IMG/VR virus record: IMGVR_UViG_3300042305_002088
Location: 1 to 64,000 of that record
Strand: one strand, 5' to 3'
Origin: a virus
Length of the DNA stretch: 64,000 nt
Below, in pieces: positions 16,331-25,553 of the stretch. Each line of letters begins with the position of its first letter. Within the stretch, counting starts at the first letter, position 1. Under the pieces are notes generated by a model. That model saw only the letters and a program-made list of their open reading frames with translations. It searched no databases and had not been told where the DNA came from. A program made the position numbers and the translations under genes.

Positions 16331-17580
16331 TTAAATTTATCCTCCTTAGAAATAGCAAAGTTAGCTCTAGAAAATTCTAATCTATCAACAAGTTTCACCA
16401 TATTACCAATTTTATCAACAGCAACAAACCCTTCACCAGGGGTAACCTTAAGTGTACCGTCAGGTTGTGTTAAAAATTGTTTCGTTTTAACCGCAGAAGA
16501 ATACTTGTTAAAGAATATCTTTTTAAGGTCAGCTAATTTTTTTGTTATGTTAAAAATGTTAATTACGGACATTTTGTTAGTATTAAAGAACTGAACCGTT
16601 TTATTTTTAGCATCTATTTTCTTCTGTCTACCAGCTTCAGTCTTCATCTTATCAACCTCTTTATCCATTCTAGTACTGTACCAGCTTATAAACTCATTAA
16701 AAGCTTCTTCTGGATCTTCGATAAATTTTCCTTGACGAATGAGTGTGTTAATAAAAGTGTTAGCTAAAATATAAAAGTTATTAGGTAAGGCTGTCCAATC
16801 TGTTACTCCCGAAGCTTTTTGTATCGAATTAACTGTTTCAATGACAGTTCTTTTTTCATCATCCGTTAATGTCACGGTACCAGAAACATCTTTAAATTTA
16901 GCATCATCAAACCATACTTCCGGTGTTTGATTAAACTCTGAAACATTGACATCAGCCGACTTCGAAAGCTGAGTTAAAGAAGGCCCTGTGTAACGAGTAT
17001 GAAACACAACACCGATTTGAGCGTTTTGAATTCTTTTACCGAGCTCAGAGTCAGCTTCAACGGCGTATGTAATAGTGTTGGGTTTAAAGGTGATTAGTTT
17101 TTCACCTTGAAAGTCTATTTGATTGAGAGTAGACTTATCAAACATAAAGTCACATTGATATACATTAGACTTTATGACTTTTGAAAGATACAAGAGAGCC
17201 ATTTTCATTTTTTCAGCTAAGCCTGGTGCTTGGCCGTAGTTAGTCTGAATATCATTAACCGTGTAGTTAATTTTTGGTGTCTTAGCCGCTATACTTTTTG
17301 TAGATACGAAAAACCTGTTATTTTCAGGGTTATAACCACAGATTATGGCAGGCGCGCCGTCGTATTTTACGGTTGTAAAAACACCAGAATCAGCGTTGCC
17401 GTTAAAAGCATCTGTAAGAGCATTAATAAAAGAGAGTGCTGTATCAAGTCCTTCCTTTTGACGAGTTAATATAAGCTCCTCTAAATGAGTGAGGTGTTTA
17501 ATAATACCTTCTTGTTGTTCAATGACAAGGTATTTACTAGTACTATCTTTATAAAAGCTATTAAAAGCTTGTTCGATCAT
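16327..17580 (-). CDS. DUF6267-like protein with ligase-like nucleotidyltransferase motifs
   Basis: HLTHLEE, TVKYDGAPA, GEGFVAVD and KLVDRLEFSRANF. Confidence 0.7.
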   Translation of the reverse strand: MIEQAFNSFYKDSTSKYLVIEQQEGIIKHLTHLEELILTRQKEGLDTALSFINALTDAFNGNADSGVFTTVKYDGAPAIICGYNPENNRFFVSTKSIAAKTPKINYTVNDIQTNYGQAPGLAEKMKMALLYLSKVIKSNVYQCDFMFDKSTLNQIDFQGEKLITFKPNTITYAVEADSELGKRIQNAQIGVVFHTRYTGPSLTQLSKSADVNVSEFNQTPEVWFDDAKFKDVSGTVTLTDDEKRTVIETVNSIQKASGVTDWTALPNNFYILANTFINTLIRQGKFIEDPEEAFNEFISWYSTRMDKEVDKMKTEAGRQKKIDAKNKTVQFFNTNKMSVINIFNITKKLADLKKIFFNKYSSAVKTKQFLTQPDGTLKVTPGEGFVAVDKIGNMVKLVDRLEFSRANFAISKEDKFK

Positions 17581-17589
17581 AACGCTGTA

Positions 17590-17958
17590 TTATTTAAGCG
17601 TTAAAAGATAGCGTAGTTTATTAATAACAGCTAGAATTTCGTCTCTAATATTGAGACAATCAGTGTCCTTTACCGGGTCATGCATTTCAGCGAACGGACC
17701 AGATAGATAATCATTTAATTGAATAAGAATATCTTCAAGATCAATTTCGTCTTGATTTACTAAACCTAAATCGATTGGAGTCTCGAAAGTAATTCTACCG
17801 TATTTACCTTGATGTACTTCAACGAGGCTATCAATTAAATCGTCTAAATCATTATAAGCATTACCTAGAGCTTTATGAGCAGCATAGGAAAGTGTTTGCC
17901 AATGAAGAATTCTTAATTGGTTTTGTATTTTAAGAAGATTAACAATTGCTTTGTCCAT
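17590..17958 (-). CDS. ferritin/Dps-like protein (DUF5856-like)
   Basis: LHWQTLSYAAHKALG...D.LVE and NIRDEIL..INKLRYLLTL. Confidence 0.75.
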   Translation of the reverse strand: MDKAIVNLLKIQNQLRILHWQTLSYAAHKALGNAYNDLDDLIDSLVEVHQGKYGRITFETPIDLGLVNQDEIDLEDILIQLNDYLSGPFAEMHDPVKDTDCLNIRDEILAVINKLRYLLTLK

Positions 17959-18197
17959 TAAACAGCAGGTTTAGGCTGAGTTGCAACACCGTTTTGTGGA
18001 TGTGTAACGCCTTGCATAATTGTTGCAAGAATATCTTTAATCTGTTTCGGATCGTTAATTTTAGATAACTGATCAGCTAATTTTTCAACTTCTTGCTGTT
18101 GAGTTGGATTGAGAACGGGTTTTGGTTGATTAGGTTGCTGCGGCGCCGCAGGAAGCTGTTCTTCTATTCTTTTTAAAACGGCATCGAATTTACTCAT
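17958..18197 (-). CDS. hypothetical protein, putative virion protein
   Basis: TAAATA at 18204-18209 (minus strand). Confidence 0.6.
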   Translation of the reverse strand: MSKFDAVLKRIEEQLPAAPQQPNQPKPVLNPTQQQEVEKLADQLSKINDPKQIKDILATIMQGVTHPQNGVATQPKPAV

Positions 18198-18265
18198 ATA
18201 TATTATTTAATCTAGAACAATAATGTTCTCAGCGTATTTGGCGAAGGCTTTAAAATTCTTTTAAT

Positions 18266-18757
18266 TTATTTATTCAGTGTCTCAGAAAGATCAACTGTAC
18301 CAAGGGAAAAAGTTTTAGATTTTTTATTTTTCTTTTGAAAATTAATAAGAGAATTCTTATTCAAAAACTTTTCCAGCTTCGAGCTCACGAGTTTACCGTT
18401 AGATAAAGCTCTTTGTACTGCGTATTCAGTATCCGGTGAATCAAATTGTTGAACTTTAACCCAAGGTACAGGTAGTACTTTGAGTACGCTCTGTAAATGC
18501 TTATCAGTAAACCCTACCTCTTTTGGTAGAGGATATACAACAAGCGCTTTTGGGTACTTAGAATTACATTTCTGATACCCATAACAGAACTTCTCGAGAC
18601 AGTAATGATAAAAGAACTTTTGAATATCTTTAGATTTAAATGAGTAAGGGATCTTATATTTCTTACAGAACCCGTAAGACTCTTTGAGAGCCTCTACAAA
18701 GTAAGGATAAAAATCTATGCCGCAAACACGGGACTTTGGAAACTCTTTAAAATGCAT
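18266..18757 (-). CDS. hypothetical protein
   Basis: 163-aa ORF coupled to the upstream gene. Confidence 0.6.
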   Translation of the reverse strand: MHFKEFPKSRVCGIDFYPYFVEALKESYGFCKKYKIPYSFKSKDIQKFFYHYCLEKFCYGYQKCNSKYPKALVVYPLPKEVGFTDKHLQSVLKVLPVPWVKVQQFDSPDTEYAVQRALSNGKLVSSKLEKFLNKNSLINFQKKNKKSKTFSLGTVDLSETLNK

Positions 18758-19371
18758 TATTGTAATAATGCCTGAACTTGCTCTAGGGTCAAGCCATCTT
18801 TAATAGCATTATCAGTTGTTTCGTGAAGTTGGGCAAAAATATTATTAATCTTTTGCTCGTATTCTAAAAATGTTTTATGTGTTTCTTTATTGTACTCGGT
18901 CTTAGATGCATTTTCTAAGATTGCTGTCTGATTTATGAGATCTAACTTTGAACCGAGATACTTTTTAATCTTAAGAATTGTTTTTGTTTCAGGGGAGTAG
19001 GCTGCAATTTCTTGTTCTGTTACAGGTTCTTTAATTTTATTGCCTACTTCATTTATAATGCCTAGTTTATAAGCTTCAAAATCAGTAAAGTTTTTATTGA
19101 GCTGTTGAGTTAAAAATTTATTCTTAAAAGATTCATTAAACATCTTGTTGTAATCTATACCATGAAGATGGATATCGGAAAACGGATTTAAACGACAACC
19201 TTTACCATAGGATGTCGAACCACAATATGAACACTTTTTAGGATCTGAAGGATGAAAGTGTACACCGTTAGGTGCAAATCGGCAGCCTTTACCGTAAGAT
19301 GTAGCATTACAATATAAGCATCTTGATACCGGCTTTAAAAGAGAAACTTTCTTTTCATCTATCAATTCCAT
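18757..19371 (-). CDS. protein with a tandem Cys/His repeat and a conserved T4-like AYxLGII domain
   Basis: CxYCxxTSYGKGCRxxPxxx(x)HxH twice; FEAYKLGIINEVG. Confidence 0.65.
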   Translation of the reverse strand: MELIDEKKVSLLKPVSRCLYCNATSYGKGCRFAPNGVHFHPSDPKKCSYCGSTSYGKGCRLNPFSDIHLHGIDYNKMFNESFKNKFLTQQLNKNFTDFEAYKLGIINEVGNKIKEPVTEQEIAAYSPETKTILKIKKYLGSKLDLINQTAILENASKTEYNKETHKTFLEYEQKINNIFAQLHETTDNAIKDGLTLEQVQALLQ

Positions 19372-19377
19372 TATGTA

Positions 19378-19791
19378 TTATTTAAGGAGGCTCTTAGGAG
19401 GAGTCCCGATACGAACATTAATAATTCCGTTGTAGTAATCATTTCTTCGAAGAACATCCCGAGCTATTTGTTCTTTAATTTCTTCGTAACCTAGCTCCCA
19501 CTTAGAACCACATACTTTTAAAATACGAAACTCGAAGTTGTCTTTGCCGTACTTTTGAATATCTTCATTTAGCTCGTTAGAAGATGAAGTATATGTCTTC
19601 CAATCTGACTCTTTGTGATCAATTCTATTACGGGTTTTACCCTTGAGCGGTTTGCGTTTAATTTTGCGGATACACTGCTTTTTACCAATATATTTTTTGC
19701 CATTAACTTTATTGGTTATCTCATAGATAAAACCAAACATGTTTTCATGCATGTAAGCATCTTCGTTAATGAGCCAATGACCTGTATCCAT
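19378..19791 (-). CDS. GIY-YIG endonuclease (DenA/Seg-like, single domain)
   Basis: GFIYEITNKVNGKKYIGKK; YYNGII. Confidence 0.85.
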   Translation of the reverse strand: MDTGHWLINEDAYMHENMFGFIYEITNKVNGKKYIGKKQCIRKIKRKPLKGKTRNRIDHKESDWKTYTSSSNELNEDIQKYGKDNFEFRILKVCGSKWELGYEEIKEQIARDVLRRNDYYNGIINVRIGTPPKSLLK

Positions 19792-19800
19792 AAAGCAGAA

Positions 19801-20022
19801 TTAGCGCTTCTTTTTACGCTTTTTTCTGCCTTTAATTAAGCCTCTACGAGTAACTATACCACCAAATATACTTTTAGGAATGCGTGCATCCCCGGGTGCA
19901 TAGTTATCCCCCGAAAACGGTGTAGCAGTAGACTGAACACCAGGACCAAAAGCTGATGCAGCACCTCCTGCTACATTCTCCTCTTTCAATACGTCTAATA
20001 CTAATTGTTCTAAGTTTATCAT
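19801..20022 (-). CDS. small protein with a basic tail, putative virion protein
   Basis: N-terminus LVLDVLKEE; C-terminal RKKRKKKR. Confidence 0.6.
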   Translation of the reverse strand: MINLEQLVLDVLKEENVAGGAASAFGPGVQSTATPFSGDNYAPGDARIPKSIFGGIVTRRGLIKGRKKRKKKR

Positions 20023-20165
20023 TTAACTTGTCCCTTTCTGCATCTAACTATATAACCTGAGGCATAGGCTGAAGGAAATACTTTGTACTTTCTTTTAGCC
20101 TTGTAATAGCACCTATCCTTCTTTTCAAGAAGCTGCTGTTTATAAAATTCTTTAAATGAGGTCAT
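20019..20165 (-). CDS. 48-aa basic protein, DUF5872-like (below the ORF track cutoff)
   Basis: MTSFKEFYKQQLLEKKDRCYYKAKRKYKVFPSAYASGYIVRCRKGQVK; ATGA overlap with the next gene. Confidence 0.7.
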   Translation of the reverse strand: MTSFKEFYKQQLLEKKDRCYYKAKRKYKVFPSAYASGYIVRCRKGQVK

Positions 20166-20174
20166 TTCTAGTAC

Positions 20175-20429
20175 TTATTTCTTTTTAGACCATTTAATTC
20201 TCTTCGGTCCTTTTTTCTTAGCCTTTGAACCAGTGCACTGCGACAGGGTAGGACGACAAGCAGGGTAACCCTTTGAAGGGCCCTTTGTACCTTTTTCTCT
20301 GCCGCAAGGAACAATCTTACCAGGCTTTGATTTCTTGCAATTAACCCAACCCTTACCTTTATTTCTTTTAAACCACTTATGAAGAGATTCTTCATTTAAT
20401 AGTTCTAGAACTGTATTAGTAAAGTTCAT
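20175..20429 (-). CDS. small basic protein, DUF5872-like
   Basis: ESLHKWF...WVN...PCGR...YPACRP. Confidence 0.65.
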   Translation of the reverse strand: MNFTNTVLELLNEESLHKWFKRNKGKGWVNCKKSKPGKIVPCGREKGTKGPSKGYPACRPTLSQCTGSKAKKKGPKRIKWSKKK

Positions 20430-20485
20430 TTCTATTATTTAAGTTGTTTCCTCTATAAAAGAGTCTAATATATAAGGTACCAATT

Positions 20486-20905
20486 ATGGAAGACCAAAGA
20501 CAATCTCCGATTTTGTTAATTGAAAAATACAACGAAGAGATCAAAAAATACGTTACTGTTGATGAGTTTAATATGAAGCAGGTTCAAATGGATCTGCCAG
20601 CCTCTCGTCACTATTGGGTAGGTCGACTTATGTTCCATAAACAAGAAATTTTAAAACTCAAAAAGCTCAGAAAAGAAGCCCAGAAAAAAATAGCCGATAA
20701 ACTCGAGCATGAGTCTCCTGTCGGGCTTAATCCTAAGACTTTAGAACAGGCTCAACAAAACCACCCTCTTATTGCTAAGATTGATGGCGAGATTGCCGAG
20801 CACGAACTTGTAGTTGAGTATCTTGGTAAGATTGAAGCTAATTTTAGATCTATTTCGTTTGACATCAAAAATCTTATAGAGATTGTTAAACTCGAAACAA
20901 CGTAA
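20486..20905 (+). CDS. uvsY: recombination mediator UvsY
   Basis: Helical 139 aa ending FDIKNLIE, directly upstream of uvsW. Confidence 0.75.
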   Translation: MEDQRQSPILLIEKYNEEIKKYVTVDEFNMKQVQMDLPASRHYWVGRLMFHKQEILKLKKLRKEAQKKIADKLEHESPVGLNPKTLEQAQQNHPLIAKIDGEIAEHELVVEYLGKIEANFRSISFDIKNLIEIVKLETT

Positions 20906-22350
20906 TGGTAAATGTAACGTTCGATTATGATACATCTCGCAAAAAAGGTATAATAGTTTCAGACTATCTTCCTAATATTCGAGAACATTTTTCGGTTGAA
21001 GATAAACAACAAGTCTTCAAGCGTCGTTACGCTATTGGTTATAGACCTCAGACAAGACAATACGCTATAACACCTCAAGGCAGATTTGAACCAAGATTAT
21101 TATTTTCGATTTTAGAGTTTCTAAAAACCCAAGACATACAGTTTAATATTGAACTGACTGATAAGCTTAGAGATGTAATAGCTATACCTTCTTTAAAGGA
21201 AGAGCTTGTAAAGTTAAAACTTAACCCAAGAGACTATCAAGAGGAGTCAGTTCTAGCAGCTATTAAAAATAAGTCTGGGGTTATTGTGCTACCAACTTCA
21301 GCAGGTAAGACTCTTGTAATTGCTTTACTGGTTAAATCCATTCAAGCCCAGCATGATTGTAAGACATTAATTCTTGTGCCTGATATTCAACTTGTAGCGC
21401 AGACTTACTCTGACTTTCTTGAGTACGGGATTTCTGAAGATGAAATTACTAAGTGGACCGGATCAATTGAGCCGAATAAGAATGCCAAGATAGTAATTTC
21501 AAATGCTCAAATATTACTTTCTGAAAAACAAGACTTATCCTTACTAAAGGATATAAAATTGCTTGTTATAGATGAAGTACACAAAATTCGTTATGGAAAC
21601 AAAATTAATAAAGTGGTGGAGCAAATTCCTGCGTTATTTCGTTATGGACTTACAGGAACTTTGCCAGACGATAAAATCGACCAATGGAACATATTTGGGA
21701 AGATAGGTAGAGTAATTTACTTTAAACAGTCAGCTGATCTTAGAGAACAAAAATATATTTCTCAGGTTCATGTGGCCGCCTTAAAGTTAAGCTATAGCAA
21801 TACCCCTCAGTTTACTGTTCCCTCGATGCATAACCCAACAGCAGGGTATGAAGAAGAGATAACCTGGCTGCAGACAAATAAGTTTAGAAATGATATTATA
21901 ACTAAGCTTGTTAACAAAGCTGATAAAAACACACTCATAATGGTTGATCGTATTGCTCATGGAGAAGAATTATTAAGAGTACTTCAAGAAAATACAGATA
22001 AAGCTGTTCATTTTGTTCATGGCGCTATTGAGATTGAAGAACGAGAAATGATTCGTAAACTTATGGAAGAACAGGATAATGTAGCCTGTATCGCTATTTC
22101 AAAGATTTTTTCAACAGGTATTAATATTAAGAATCTCCACAATATTATTTTTGCTGCTATTGGAAAAGCCCGAATAAAAATTATTCAATCCATTGGCAGA
22201 AGTTTAAGAAAACATGCTAGTAAAAAACGAGCGACTATATTTGATATTTGGGATAACCTTCGTTACGGTAACAAGCATGTAACTGAACGTTTAGCTCTCT
22301 ACGATCGAGAACAAATACCTTATTCTGTTACTGAGCTAACAGAGCCTTGA
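20905..22350 (+). CDS. uvsW: SF2 helicase UvsW
   Basis: PRDYQ, PTSAGKT, DEVH, FSTGINIKNLH, QSIGRSLR. Confidence 0.93.
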   Translation: MVNVTFDYDTSRKKGIIVSDYLPNIREHFSVEDKQQVFKRRYAIGYRPQTRQYAITPQGRFEPRLLFSILEFLKTQDIQFNIELTDKLRDVIAIPSLKEELVKLKLNPRDYQEESVLAAIKNKSGVIVLPTSAGKTLVIALLVKSIQAQHDCKTLILVPDIQLVAQTYSDFLEYGISEDEITKWTGSIEPNKNAKIVISNAQILLSEKQDLSLLKDIKLLVIDEVHKIRYGNKINKVVEQIPALFRYGLTGTLPDDKIDQWNIFGKIGRVIYFKQSADLREQKYISQVHVAALKLSYSNTPQFTVPSMHNPTAGYEEEITWLQTNKFRNDIITKLVNKADKNTLIMVDRIAHGEELLRVLQENTDKAVHFVHGAIEIEEREMIRKLMEEQDNVACIAISKIFSTGINIKNLHNIIFAAIGKARIKIIQSIGRSLRKHASKKRATIFDIWDNLRYGNKHVTERLALYDREQIPYSVTELTEP

Positions 22351-22381
22351 TTTTTATTTACTTTACTATATTATACACCTC

Positions 22382-22945
22382 ATGATTCGTAGAAGAAAAA
22401 TTAAAGACGAAGACTTTAAAAACGACCCTAATGAAGAAGATTTTAGCTCTTTATGGGACTCAGAACCAAAAGTTAAAAAGAAGAGAGTTCGCCGTACAAA
22501 AGAAGAGCTTAAACCTAACTACGTTGACCCAATTGAAATGGAGAATCTTATTATTCGTTATTACGATGAAGGTGGTATAGATATTCCTTCTGACTTAGCA
22601 GATATGATTCAAAAGATTGCCACACGACTCGGTTACGCTCAAAACTTTATCAATTATTCTTATAAGGAAGAAATGATCGGAGATGCTATTATTAAAATGA
22701 TTACAGCACTCACTCGCAAGCGTTTTAAATGTAAATCAGGATATAACCCGTTCTCTTATTTTACTAAAGTTGCTTATAGGGCATTTCAAAACCGTATTAA
22801 GAAAGAAAAGAAAGAACATGACACAATTCACCGTTATCAGACAGAAGTGTATTCTCTTCTTACTGAATCTGGTCAAATACCTTTTCAAAAGAATTCGAAA
22901 TTTGATACCGAGTATGATGATTCATATCGGATCGAGAATGAGTAA
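22382..22945 (+). CDS. gp55: late-transcription sigma factor
   Basis: NFINYSYKEEMIGDA and NPFSYFTKVAYRAFQNRIKKEKK. Confidence 0.9.
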   Translation: MIRRRKIKDEDFKNDPNEEDFSSLWDSEPKVKKKRVRRTKEELKPNYVDPIEMENLIIRYYDEGGIDIPSDLADMIQKIATRLGYAQNFINYSYKEEMIGDAIIKMITALTRKRFKCKSGYNPFSYFTKVAYRAFQNRIKKEKKEHDTIHRYQTEVYSLLTESGQIPFQKNSKFDTEYDDSYRIENE

Positions 22946-24006
22946 TGCATTTTAGTTCTAACAAAGTAGCTTGTATATCTGATATACATTTAGGAGTACA
23001 CCAGAATGCGCAAACCTGGCATAATATCGCTATAGATTTTGCAAGGTGGTTTGATAAAGAGCTCAAACTTCGAGGTATTAAAGATGTTATTATAGCTGGA
23101 GATATATTTCATAATAGACATGAAATTGGTGTTAACACTATTCACTGTGCATATCAGTTCTTCGATATTTTAAAGAATTATAATATTCTTGCTATTACCG
23201 GTAATCACGACTGTTATTATAAAGATAAGTCAGATATTAACTCTATTTCTATTCTTGATGGGTATAAAAATGTAACAGTTTTTAAAGAGCTTAAAACAGT
23301 AAATTTAAACAGTAAAGTATTTAGCTTTTGCCCATGGGGCGTACCTGTAGAAGATATACCACCTTGTGATGTTGTTATTGGGCATTTTGAGATTCTTAAT
23401 TTTAAGATGAACGCCCATAAGGTTTGTGATCATGGAGTAGAGAGTGAATCATTATTAGATAAAACTAAGCTTGTTGTTACCGGGCATTTTCATTGCCGGG
23501 ATCATAGAAAATATAAAAATAACAAATCGATTATTTATCTTGGATCCCCACATGAACTAGACTTCGGTGATAGAGATCAAGTTAAGGGATTTACTATTCT
23601 TAATACTGATGATCTTTCATTAGAGCTTGTCGAAAATAACGTTACACCGAAACATAAAAAAATAAAAATATCTGAGCTTTTAGATGGTAAGATTGCATTA
23701 GAAAATATCTCAGAAGAACTACAAAATAATTTTGTCAGTCTTTGTGTTGATAGAAACGTTAACGAGCAGATATTAAACTTAATGCTTTCTAAGTTTAATC
23801 AATATAAACCTAAGCATGTAAGAACAGATTTTAATATTTTTGAATCCGTACAGTTATCTGCAACAGAATTAAATGAAGTTAGTATTGATATTGATACAGC
23901 ATTGCACGAATTTGTCAACCTTTTAGATACACCCGTGCCTAAAAAAGATATTCTTGATAAATGTATTGATCTTTACAGAATTTCACAGACAGTAAATGAG
24001 CACTAA
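22945..24006 (+). CDS. gp47: recombination nuclease subunit (Mre11/SbcD-like)
   Basis: SDIHLG, GDIFH, GNHD, GHFH. Confidence 0.92.
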   Translation: MHFSSNKVACISDIHLGVHQNAQTWHNIAIDFARWFDKELKLRGIKDVIIAGDIFHNRHEIGVNTIHCAYQFFDILKNYNILAITGNHDCYYKDKSDINSISILDGYKNVTVFKELKTVNLNSKVFSFCPWGVPVEDIPPCDVVIGHFEILNFKMNAHKVCDHGVESESLLDKTKLVVTGHFHCRDHRKYKNNKSIIYLGSPHELDFGDRDQVKGFTILNTDDLSLELVENNVTPKHKKIKISELLDGKIALENISEELQNNFVSLCVDRNVNEQILNLMLSKFNQYKPKHVRTDFNIFESVQLSATELNEVSIDIDTALHEFVNLLDTPVPKKDILDKCIDLYRISQTVNEH

Positions 24007-24790
24007 AATTGGAGTTGGAATTATCACATGTGATAGACCTGATTACCTTAAAAAACTAATCAAGTCTTTAGAGGGTATTTCTGTTTCTGATTTTTATATT
24101 ATAAACGACGGTGAAAAACAAATTAAAGGTGGTAAATTAAAAACACATAACAATACACCCCCTAAACAAGGAGTAGGTAAAGCTAAAAACCAAGCATTAA
24201 AATATCTTAAAGACAGCGACTATATTTTTCTTATAGAGGACGATATAGTTATTAAAGATAAAACTGTTTTCGAAAAGTATATAGAAGCTTCTAAGCTATC
24301 AGGCATACAACATTTTAACTTTGCTTTTCACGGCACAGATAATTACACACCTGATGGTTCACCTGCAGTACGTCTTAAACTGGATTATTCTCCAACAGTT
24401 TCAGTGTGTTTGTATCCTAATCTTTACGGTGCGTTTTCTATGTACACAAGAGAATGCATAAAAACAGTTGGTTTAATGGATGAATTTTATTACAATGCTA
24501 TGGAGCATGTAGATCATACTGCTGAAATTATTAAAGCAGAAATGCATCCGCCATTTCGTTGGTTTGCAGACATTACAGATAGCAACAAATACATTGAAGA
24601 AATTGATAGAGCTCACTCTGGGTCTGAAATTCGTAGAGATCAAAAATGGATAGAAAACTTCCATAAAGCAGCAGACCACTTTGTAGAAAAATTTGGTTTT
24701 GATGTTCGTAACCCGCATGCGGCAACAGCTTCTAAAGAAGATACTATAAACACCATAAAACAGATAAGGAAACAATATGGACAAGGGTAA
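23996..24790 (+). CDS. GT-A (GT2-like) glycosyltransferase
   Basis: GIITCDRP, INDG, LIEDD. Confidence 0.8.
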   Translation: MSTKIGVGIITCDRPDYLKKLIKSLEGISVSDFYIINDGEKQIKGGKLKTHNNTPPKQGVGKAKNQALKYLKDSDYIFLIEDDIVIKDKTVFEKYIEASKLSGIQHFNFAFHGTDNYTPDGSPAVRLKLDYSPTVSVCLYPNLYGAFSMYTRECIKTVGLMDEFYYNAMEHVDHTAEIIKAEMHPPFRWFADITDSNKYIEEIDRAHSGSEIRRDQKWIENFHKAADHFVEKFGFDVRNPHAATASKEDTINTIKQIRKQYGQG

Positions 24791-25553
24791 GATAGGGGTA
24801 GGTGTAACAACTTATAATTCTGAAGAGTATTATAAAGCTCTTTATAATTCATTACCTTTAGATAAGATTGATGTTTTAGTTACCGTTAATGGAGGGGATA
24901 GATATAAAGACAAATATAAAGGTAATTGGATACAACACTCTGAGAACGTTTATCCGTCAGTATGTAGAAACGATTGTATAAACTTCTTACTTCAACGAAA
25001 CTGTGAACATATCTTTATTATTGAAGATGATATGATTTTAAAATCTGAAGATATATTTCAAAAATATATACAAGCTTCTAAAGAATCGGGATTAAAATAC
25101 TTTTCATTTGTTTCAACGTCTTGGGAATCCGGCAACCCTGGTAAACGAACACCCCGTCTTACAGTTGAGTACAAAAATAATGTTAGCGTATCGTTCTTCC
25201 AGAATATGTGTAATGAGTTCACCTATCATCACAACTCTTGTTATGAAAAGACAGGACTATATGATACTAACTACCGAGACCCCTGGGATATTGACATGAC
25301 TTACAGAGAGTCCCAGCAGGACTATGCAGCTCCCTTTTGGTGGTTTGCTGATATTACCGGATCTGATAAATTAATAATGAATAACCCTGAAGCTGTTTCC
25401 CGACTTCAAGGAGAACGCACTGATGGTTCTAGAGAACAGCGAATTCAAAAAGAGTGGGAATATTTTTTTAAAAAACATGGTTGTCATGTAACCCAAATAC
25501 CTAACGTTTCAAAGGAAGAAATTATAGCTAAACTAAAGAGGTTAAAGTCATGA
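24777..25553 (+). CDS. GT-A glycosyltransferase, paralog of the previous gene
   Basis: GVTTYN, IIEDD; shares KYIxASKxSG and PFxWFADI with 23996. Confidence 0.78.
   Translation: MDKGKIGVGVTTYNSEEYYKALYNSLPLDKIDVLVTVNGGDRYKDKYKGNWIQHSENVYPSVCRNDCINFLLQRNCEHIFIIEDDMILKSEDIFQKYIQASKESGLKYFSFVSTSWESGNPGKRTPRLTVEYKNNVSVSFFQNMCNEFTYHHNSCYEKTGLYDTNYRDPWDIDMTYRESQQDYAAPFWWFADITGSDKLIMNNPEAVSRLQGERTDGSREQRIQKEWEYFFKKHGCHVTQIPNVSKEEIIAKLKRLKS

Noticed and set aside
20168-20395. 75-aa alternate-frame ORF
   Set aside because: It overlaps 20175-20429, which carries the recognisable conserved motifs
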